From a virus: a stretch of DNA of 64,000 nucleotides. Numbering within the stretch: position 1 is the stretch's first letter; each line of letters starts with the position of its first letter. The notes beneath the pieces are model-generated. The model was not told the DNA's origin. It ran no database searches and saw only the letters and a list, made by a program, of their open reading frames with translations. Below, piece by piece: positions 58,522 through 64,000 of the stretch. The translations under genes were made by a program, and so were the position numbers. Location of the stretch: the IMG/VR virus record IMGVR_UViG_3300050343_000182; one strand, given 5' to 3'.

Positions 58522-58787
58522 AATCCTTTAATGAATTCATTACTGAAGACTGGCAGAAAAAGTCAGGTAAAAACTCTGAAGGAGGACTAAATGAAAAAGG
58601 ACGGAAGTCGTATGAGCGTGAAAACCCAGGAAGCGATCTTAAGGCACCTTCAAAAAAAGTTGGGAACCCTCGTAGAAAGAGTTTTTGTGCGCGAATGAGC
58701 GGGATGAAGAGGAAACTCACATCTAAGAAGACAGCGAGCGATCCAGATAGTAGAATAAATAAATCACTGAGAGCTTGGAATTGCTAG
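58518..58787 (+). CDS. basic protein with T4 capsid-targeting-sequence-like N-terminus
   Basis: MKSFNEFITE compared with the T4 internal-protein CTS MKTYQEFIAE; ATGA-coupled. Confidence 0.75.
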   Translation: MKSFNEFITEDWQKKSGKNSEGGLNEKGRKSYERENPGSDLKAPSKKVGNPRRKSFCARMSGMKRKLTSKKTASDPDSRINKSLRAWNC

Positions 58788-58790
58788 ATC

Positions 58791-59078
58791 ATGGATAAAG
58801 AACTGTCCGACTTTAAGTTGGAACGTAAAGAGTGCCAGAAGTGTGGTGCTACATGGATTAATGGCACCCACGTTTGGCGTGGAACTGGATCATCATCTGA
58901 CTCTTCAGAGTTGGATCTTGCTGGTCTGGTATGTAATAAGTATGGCGACTCACAGTGCATCAATCCCCTGAAAGGGAAAGATGGTGGGCAGACTTGGGAG
59001 TATAGAGCAGGGTATATTGACGGCATGTTGAAGGGTAAAACTGACGCTATGAAACAGTTACGGGACCTTGACATTTGA
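58791..59078 (+). CDS. hypothetical four-Cys protein
   Basis: CQKC ... LAGLVCNKYGDSQCINP. Confidence 0.75.
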   Translation: MDKELSDFKLERKECQKCGATWINGTHVWRGTGSSSDSSELDLAGLVCNKYGDSQCINPLKGKDGGQTWEYRAGYIDGMLKGKTDAMKQLRDLDI

Positions 59079-59088
59079 ATGTGGCTAT

Positions 59089-59109
59089 GGGGGATAAACC
59101 CCCTACATA
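59089..59109 (+). promoter_or_regulatory. GGGGG-ATAAA-CCCCC hairpin abutting a CTACATA late-promoter variant upstream of petE
   Basis: 5-bp GC stem at 59089-59103; CTACATA at 59103-59109. Confidence 0.4.
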
Positions 59110-59131
59110 ACTACAGTTACACAAATAGCAT

Positions 59132-59455
59132 ATGAAGTTTTTCATAGTTTTATTTGCTTCGTTATTCCTCGCGTTGCCAACGTGGGCAGTAGAAGTTACA
59201 ATGGGATCTAACGGAAATCTCATTTTTGAGCCTAACGATATTTCAATTTCCGCTGGGGACACCATAACGTTTACAAATGGTATGCTCCCCCCACACAACA
59301 TCATTGTTGAAGGTCGTGCTGACCTCAGCAGAGAATCACTCATGTTCACTCCTGGAGAAACTCAGGAGATTAAGTTTGCAGATGCAGGCGATTATGAATT
59401 CTTTTGTGGTCCTCACCAAGGCGCTGGTATGACAGGCGTTATTCACGTTAACTAA
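59132..59455 (+). CDS. petE: plastocyanin
   Basis: Signal peptide; PPHN and FCGPHQGAGM retain all four Cu ligands. Confidence 0.96.
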   Translation: MKFFIVLFASLFLALPTWAVEVTMGSNGNLIFEPNDISISAGDTITFTNGMLPPHNIIVEGRADLSRESLMFTPGETQEIKFADAGDYEFFCGPHQGAGMTGVIHVN

Positions 59456-59458
59456 ATT

Positions 59459-60115
59459 ATGAAAATCTTTTTAGATACTGCTGATGTCTCTGAAATTAAA
59501 AAGGCATACAGCACAGGGTTGATTGATGGCGTCACTACAAATCCGACACTAATTTTGAGATCGGGTGACACCCTTTATAATGTAGCATCAAGACTACTTA
59601 AGGAATGTCCAGAACTTATCAGCGTCTCCACGGAGGTGGTTGCCGAGACAGCTGACGAAATGATTGAGCAAGCAAAAACTTACTTCCCACTAGGTGAAGC
59701 AGTTACAATTAAAGTCCCTTGCACTGTAGAGGGACTGAAGGCATGTAAGGTCCTCTCAGCAGAAGGGATCAAGGTCAATGTAACTCTCATCTTCTCAGTA
59801 GCACAAGCACTGCTAGCGGCGAAAGCAGGGGCAGCATACGTGTCTCCTTTCATTGGTCGCTGTAATGATAACTCATTCAGTGGCATTGAGTTGGTCCGTG
59901 CAATCGCTAATGCATTCAGTGTGCAGATGATGCCTACAGAGATCCTTGCAGCGTCCCTGAGGGATGTGCATCACGTCTCAAGGTGCTATACTTATGGTGC
60001 TAGTACCGTTACTATGCCACCTAAGATCTTCTGGAAGATGTATGATCACGTCTTGACTCGCGAGGGACTTGATCAATTCCAGAAAGACTGGGAATCTGCA
60101 AACACCACAGGCTGA
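59459..60115 (+). CDS. talC: transaldolase (TalC type)
   Basis: IFLDTAD, GVTTNPT, TIKVP, NVTLIFS and YVSPFIGR; Glu in STEV and Phe in SPF point to transaldolase rather than FSA. Confidence 0.95.
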   Translation: MKIFLDTADVSEIKKAYSTGLIDGVTTNPTLILRSGDTLYNVASRLLKECPELISVSTEVVAETADEMIEQAKTYFPLGEAVTIKVPCTVEGLKACKVLSAEGIKVNVTLIFSVAQALLAAKAGAAYVSPFIGRCNDNSFSGIELVRAIANAFSVQMMPTEILAASLRDVHHVSRCYTYGASTVTMPPKIFWKMYDHVLTREGLDQFQKDWESANTTG

Positions 60116-60119
60116 CACT

Positions 60120-60590
60120 ATGAAAGTTGGGATGATTACTCTTGGTCGTATGGGTGAGGACATTGCTCGCCGTATGATGCAGGATGAGATCAGCGTATTT
60201 TCTTATCAACAGAATTACGAGTTATCAAGTGAGCAGTATGATGCTGGATACATTAGTGGATGCACCACTAGCATCCCACTTCTGGTTGATCAGATTAAGA
60301 AGAAGATGGTATACGGAGTTAAGTCTGGAGAGTCAGTCTTGTTTGAAGAGTCTGGTATCTTTATGCTGTGCATTCCACCTGAGAATGTTGAGCACACACT
60401 TGACCAGTTGTTACCATTAATGGTTGAGGGAGATGTCCTCATCGATTTAAGCAGCTCCGATGCAAAAGCATGTCAAGAGTTAGAATTGTATTGCTCCAAG
60501 TTGGGCATTGCATATATCTACTCTAATGTCTTTGGGTCAAGAGTTGCAATTGACACATGTAGAAAAATCTTTCGCTCGTTAGCACCATGA
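60120..60590 (+). CDS. truncated 6-phosphogluconate-dehydrogenase-like Rossmann domain (156 aa)
   Basis: MKVGMITLGRMGEDIARRMM...GIFMLCIP...LLPLMVEGDVLID...IFRSLAP; no helical catalytic domain; start moved from 60069. Confidence 0.75.
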   Translation: MKVGMITLGRMGEDIARRMMQDEISVFSYQQNYELSSEQYDAGYISGCTTSIPLLVDQIKKKMVYGVKSGESVLFEESGIFMLCIPPENVEHTLDQLLPLMVEGDVLIDLSSSDAKACQELELYCSKLGIAYIYSNVFGSRVAIDTCRKIFRSLAP

Positions 60591-60718
60591 CCTTCGCCCA
60601 TGTCTTACTTTTCGGATCACTACCCTTTGTATTATCCACAATATATTTCGGGTTACGAAAAGGTGAGAATATCTATTACGAAAGCGACGCCTACTCAGGA
60701 AATGGAACAGCGCATTAG
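60587..60718 (+). CDS. ndhP: NdhP-like NDH-1 small subunit (43 aa), not in ORF track
   Basis: MTFAHVLLFGSLPFVLSTIYFGLRKGENIYYESDAYSGNGTAH*: one TM helix, then FG...YxxDxYxGNG(S/T)AH as in cyanobacterial NdhP; ATGA-coupled. Confidence 0.8.
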   Translation: MTFAHVLLFGSLPFVLSTIYFGLRKGENIYYESDAYSGNGTAH

Positions 60719-60911
60719 AATGCGATTCGCATTCGCAATGTCCTCCTTCGGGAGGATGTTTAGACCTGACGGTATTACCTTGGAGATGCGAGATATATGT
60801 ACGTGTTGGTCTGAAGACATAGATAGTCTACCACCACCTGCTGCTGATCTCTATCAAGTAGACAGGTATTTCTTGGAGATTTGGAAAAACCGTTATGACC
60901 TCGATCGATAA
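60702..60911 (+). CDS. hypothetical protein (MEQRIRMRFAFAMSSFGRMF...)
   Basis: Track ORF 60600-60911; start moved to 60702 (or 60720) because the upstream part overlaps the ndhP-like gene. Confidence 0.65.
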   Translation: MEQRIRMRFAFAMSSFGRMFRPDGITLEMRDICTCWSEDIDSLPPPAADLYQVDRYFLEIWKNRYDLDR

Positions 60912-61071
60912 GTTAAAGCATCAGATTTATATGTTGAAACTCGAAAATAAACACCTCAAGCAAAGGCTAAAAGAATTAAATAGTGGGTGGGTACATCCTG
61001 ACTCCTGCCTACACAATGAGGATCCATGGGTAAAATGGTGTGGACAAAAGCAATTGCAATTCTGGGAGTAA
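60895..61071 (+). CDS. hypothetical protein (58 aa), not in ORF track
   Basis: MTSIDKLKHQIYMLKLENKHLKQRLKELNSGWVHPDSCLHNEDPWVKWCGQKQLQFWE*; fills the gap; coiled-coil N-terminus. Confidence 0.55.
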   Translation: MTSIDKLKHQIYMLKLENKHLKQRLKELNSGWVHPDSCLHNEDPWVKWCGQKQLQFWE

Positions 61072-61118
61072 TAGTGTATTCTATTACATGGGGATTAGAC
61101 AATGCTTACTATCATTAG
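61035..61118 (+). CDS. 27-aa single-TM peptide, not in ORF track
   Basis: MVWTKAIAILGVIVYSITWGLDNAYYH*. Confidence 0.5.
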   Translation: MVWTKAIAILGVIVYSITWGLDNAYYH

Positions 61119-61127
61119 AGATTAATT

Positions 61128-61328
61128 ATGAGAAACGAAATTCTGAAAGCACTTCGCATCGATGCAGAAGGCAACATTGAAAAGGCACGACTCAATATTG
61201 AGATCTACCTTAAGAATCCAGTAGGCATTGGTGAGCACCCTGATGTGCTCGCTGCCATTCAAGACCAGTTAGATATCATTGCTCACGAGCAAGAGCGCAT
61301 AGACATTCTATCAAAATACTTCCTATAA
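61128..61328 (+). CDS. hypothetical protein (66 aa)
   Basis: ORF track; NPVGIGEHPDV motif. Confidence 0.8.
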   Translation: MRNEILKALRIDAEGNIEKARLNIEIYLKNPVGIGEHPDVLAAIQDQLDIIAHEQERIDILSKYFL

Positions 61329-61501
61329 TGTTACAGTTTGCTAGATTCTGTGGGGTTGTATTAAACAACCCATACGGAATAGGAATCCTGTCCATGAGTT
61401 TAGTCTTTGTCCCTGTCATAGGCATGTGGGCAGTACATAAATATGGTTGGGAGCATTGGGAACCATTCACAAAAAAACATGGAATTCGATCCGAAGGATA
61501 A
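61328..61501 (+). CDS. small membrane protein (57 aa), not in ORF track
   Basis: MLQFARFCGVVLNNPYGIGILSMSLVFVPVIGMWAVHKYGWEHWEPFTKKHGIRSEG*; TAATG-coupled. Confidence 0.7.
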   Translation: MLQFARFCGVVLNNPYGIGILSMSLVFVPVIGMWAVHKYGWEHWEPFTKKHGIRSEG

Positions 61502-61697
61502 CGAAGGCACATTTGGGTATGAATGGAATATTGAAGACATTTACTTACTCTACCACTGCGTAAAGGAAACAATAAGACTGTGGCCAGGTGCTCCTGCTCG
61601 TCCTTATGAGGAGCAAGAGCATTTGTATGTCATTAGAGACGAACTATATAAGGCAGTATTAGATTACAAATTTCGCTACATGGATGTCGATGAATGA
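61479..61697 (+). CDS. hypothetical protein (WPGAPARP motif)
   Basis: Track ORF with start moved to 61479; CATAAATA at 61436-61443 upstream. Confidence 0.7.
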   Translation: MEFDPKDNEGTFGYEWNIEDIYLLYHCVKETIRLWPGAPARPYEEQEHLYVIRDELYKAVLDYKFRYMDVDE

Positions 61698-61900
61698 ATG
61701 CAAAACTTCTACTTTGCTTAGCCCCTGTTGGGATCATATTCATTATGATGAAGGTTGCAGTCTGGATGTCCGCAGTCAATGTCGAGACTGATTATGTCAG
61801 ACGAGAACCTTTACGCAAACGAGGACCCTTCGTGGCAGACGCATATGCGGACGTTGATGAAGAGGAAGAGGAATATGGAGATCGCACAGATTATAGATGA
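61694..61900 (+). CDS. membrane-anchored protein with acidic tail
   Basis: N-terminal TM segment; ATGA-coupled. Confidence 0.75.
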   Translation: MNAKLLLCLAPVGIIFIMMKVAVWMSAVNVETDYVRREPLRKRGPFVADAYADVDEEEEEYGDRTDYR

Positions 61901-62018
61901 AGCGATTAGAGAGTATTATTCGCTTCAAGGATTGCCAGTCCCAAATTGGAAAAGAAAAGATCCAGACTGGTGGACAGAATATTTAATTAGTTTAGGACTT
62001 GACCCAAAAAACTCGTAA
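61875..62018 (+). CDS. hypothetical protein (47 aa)
   Basis: MEIAQIIDEAIREYYSLQGLPVPNWKRKDPDWWTEYLISLGLDPKNS; start moved from 61755. Confidence 0.6.
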   Translation: MEIAQIIDEAIREYYSLQGLPVPNWKRKDPDWWTEYLISLGLDPKNS

Positions 62019-62024
62019 CAAATT

Positions 62025-62099
62025 ATGGAAATCATCGCAATCGTCGCAGCAATCTTAGTAACATCTGCTGGAGCATATGCATTAACACCTAAGAAATGA
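62025..62099 (+). CDS. 24-aa single-TM peptide, not in ORF track
   Basis: MEIIAIVAAILVTSAGAYALTPKK*; ATGA overlap with 62096. Confidence 0.6.
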   Translation: MEIIAIVAAILVTSAGAYALTPKK

Positions 62100-62305
62100 A
62101 TTTATTATTACGCCCTCTGGATAATGCTAACGACCCTGTGTGGTCGGTTATTATCTGTGTGATACTTGCAGTTGCAGGTGCCTTGTTTGTAGTCATATAC
62201 ATATTAAGACAAGCATTTGCAGAGTTAGAAGATGGGAGTAATGACACCACCAAGCAGGAAGAGCTGCTACAACTTCAGAGTGACGGAGATCAACCGTGTC
62301 CTTGA
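62096..62305 (+). CDS. small membrane protein
   Basis: TM segment VWSVIICVILAVAGALFVVIYIL. Confidence 0.7.
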   Translation: MNLLLRPLDNANDPVWSVIICVILAVAGALFVVIYILRQAFAELEDGSNDTTKQEELLQLQSDGDQPCP

Positions 62306-62693
62306 TGGTGATACTATCGATGTCACTATTGACCTCGGGTTTGATTTATACAAGAAAGAAAGAGTTAGAGTTGCAGGAGTTGATACGCCAGAGAAAAGGA
62401 CGAGAAACCTAGAGGAGAAAGCACTTGGAATCGACGCAACCAACTGGCTCAAAGAAAAACTCGAAGGCACGCTGGCTGGTGATGATGAGTTGTCTGTTAG
62501 GACTGAACTTGTTGGTGGCACTGGCAAATACGGGCGTCTTCTGGGTTGGCTTTACATTGGGGACGACAGTGTGTCCCTTAACGAGCAAATGATTACTGAA
62601 GGTTTCGCTCATGCATATGATGGCGGCACCAAGGATATGAATTTGGAAAAACTAAAAGAAATTCGTAGGGCACATGGTACTCTGGTAGAGTAA
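62232..62693 (+). CDS. staphylococcal-nuclease (thermonuclease)-like endonuclease
   Basis: VLDGDTI, RVRVAGVDTPE, KYGRLLG and LNEQMITEGFA are SNase motifs. Confidence 0.88.
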   Translation: MGVMTPPSRKSCYNFRVTEINRVLDGDTIDVTIDLGFDLYKKERVRVAGVDTPEKRTRNLEEKALGIDATNWLKEKLEGTLAGDDELSVRTELVGGTGKYGRLLGWLYIGDDSVSLNEQMITEGFAHAYDGGTKDMNLEKLKEIRRAHGTLVE

Positions 62694-62698
62694 GTGTA

Positions 62699-63307
62699 AT
62701 GGATATAATGAAATTTGATCAGGTGATGGTCATTGACGATCTCTTCACAGATGATGAGATCCTTTACATGGACACATACTTCACCCACTTTGACGGATGG
62801 CAACTTATCTTTGATAATGCGCCAGACGATACCTTATCCACTTATTCCCTAGGCAGAGCGATTGACTATCCTAACTACGGGGAGTTTGATCACTTCTGTA
62901 TTAAACATGCATTTCTTCGCGCTGGGATTCCCATTCCTTCATTTCACCGAGTCGTTTATAATGCTTTCCGTCTTGGTGATAGTCCTTCTATCCACTGTGA
63001 CGGGGAAGAAATAGACGCACTGAGTTTCCTTGTCTACACGAACAAGGCATGGATACCCGAATGGGGTGGTGAAACTGTCTTCATGATGGGAGATCGAATC
63101 ACAGATACAGTCATTCCTAAACCAGGAAGGATTGTAATATTCCCAGGATTAGTACCTCATGGAGGTAGAGCGCCAACAAGACACTGCCCTGTTGCTGCTA
63201 GATATAGTGCAGTCTTTCAATTCTGTCCTGGACAGGAAGAGGTTGTGCTAGCACACGCAGCAGGTCAGGAGAAAAACAGGAGACCATTCCCGTATGAGCC
63301 AAAATGA
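62699..63307 (+). CDS. 2OG-Fe(II) oxygenase
   Basis: HCD ... WGGETVF ... PKPGRIVIFPG..PH ... R facial-triad pattern. Confidence 0.88.
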   Translation: MDIMKFDQVMVIDDLFTDDEILYMDTYFTHFDGWQLIFDNAPDDTLSTYSLGRAIDYPNYGEFDHFCIKHAFLRAGIPIPSFHRVVYNAFRLGDSPSIHCDGEEIDALSFLVYTNKAWIPEWGGETVFMMGDRITDTVIPKPGRIVIFPGLVPHGGRAPTRHCPVAARYSAVFQFCPGQEEVVLAHAAGQEKNRRPFPYEPK

Positions 63308-64000
63308 GATCTATCTAGGTAATCCTAACCTAAAGAGGGCTAACGTAGCACAGAGCTTCAATGATGAGCAGGTGGCAGAGTTTATCAAGTGCTCTAAGGA
63401 TCCTGTCTACTTCATTAAAAACTACATCCAGATCATCTCGCTGGATCGTGGTTTGATTCCATTTGAGTTGTACGACTTTCAGGAGTCGATGGTCGAAAGA
63501 TTTCATGCGAATAGATTTAATATTGCAAAACTACCACGACAGTCAGGTAAGTCAACTGTTGTTACTGCATATCTGCTGTGGTATATCATTTTTAATGACA
63601 ATGTTAACGTAGCAATCCTTGCTAACAAGGCAGCTACGGCACGAGAGATGTTACAACGTTTGCAACTATCCTATGAAAACCTCCCAAACTGGCTCCAACA
63701 AGGAGTCGTCAACTGGAACAGAGGCAGTCTCGAATTGGAAAACGGAAGCAAGATTATGGCTGCTTCTACTTCAGCTTCTGCCGTCCGTGGTATGTCTTTT
63801 AACATCATATTTCTGGATGAATTCGCCTTTATACCAACGCATATTGCTGACGAGTTCTTTAGCTCTGTGTATCCTACTATTAGTTCTGGTAAATCTACCA
63901 AAGTAATCATCATCTCCACGCCCAAGGGGATGAATATGTTTTACAAACTCTGGCATGATGCAGAGAAGGGCAAGAATGAATACACTACCACAGAAGTCCA
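63294..64000 (+). CDS. g17: terminase large subunit gp17 (N-terminal part, runs off window; not in ORF track)
   Basis: MSQNEIYLGNPNLK; Walker A LPRQSGKST; Walker B IIFLDEFAF; CAGGAG RBS. Confidence 0.97.
   Translation, partial: MSQNEIYLGNPNLKRANVAQSFNDEQVAEFIKCSKDPVYFIKNYIQIISLDRGLIPFELYDFQESMVERFHANRFNIAKLPRQSGKSTVVTAYLLWYIIFNDNVNVAILANKAATAREMLQRLQLSYENLPNWLQQGVVNWNRGSLELENGSKIMAASTSASAVRGMSFNIIFLDEFAFIPTHIADEFFSSVYPTISSGKSTKVIIISTPKGMNMFYKLWHDAEKGKNEYTTTEV

Noticed and set aside
59068-59096. TTGACA upstream of petE as a sigma70 promoter
   Set aside because: No acceptable -10 hexamer at 16-18 nt spacing.
60600-60701. N-terminal part of track ORF 60600-60911
   Set aside because: Overlaps the far better supported ndhP-like ORF in another frame.
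63294-64000. Intein or homing endonuclease in terminase
   Set aside because: The translated portion is colinear with gp17 motifs up to the window end; the rest is not visible.
1-64000. tRNA/rRNA genes and HIP1 (GCGATCGC) enrichment
   Set aside because: No cloverleaf-like intergenic stretch is evident (gaps are nearly all under 120 nt), and I saw no HIP1 enrichment; a tRNAscan run would be definitive.

Overview
A 64 kb stretch of a T4-like marine cyanomyovirus (Synechococcus/Prochlorococcus myophage), almost entirely on the + strand. Order: a divergent sigma70-type early promoter pair and a chain of translationally coupled micro-ORFs; NlpC/P60, AbrB-like and PAAR-like genes; the baseplate module (g25, g6, a 7072-aa g7, a YHYH protein, a gp9-like fibre, g8, a VrlC/DUF4815-like protein); a 2345-aa tail fibre; neck and tail-completion genes g13-g15; and g16. 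The variable g16-g17 island then carries internal-head-like proteins, petE, talC, a truncated gnd-like gene, an ndhP-like micro-gene, many small membrane peptides, an SNase-like nuclease and a 2OG-Fe(II) oxygenase. The terminase g17 runs off the end. Headline observation: residues ~3990-6120 of gp7 contain about seven helical repeats that align by eye with phycobiliprotein beta subunits, including the bilin-attachment motif C-x-R-D (Cys84) and a beta-155-like Cys. This suggests globin-fold, possibly bilin-carrying domains built into the baseplate. All homology calls are by eye against remembered family motifs; no searches were run, and counts are hand tallies.
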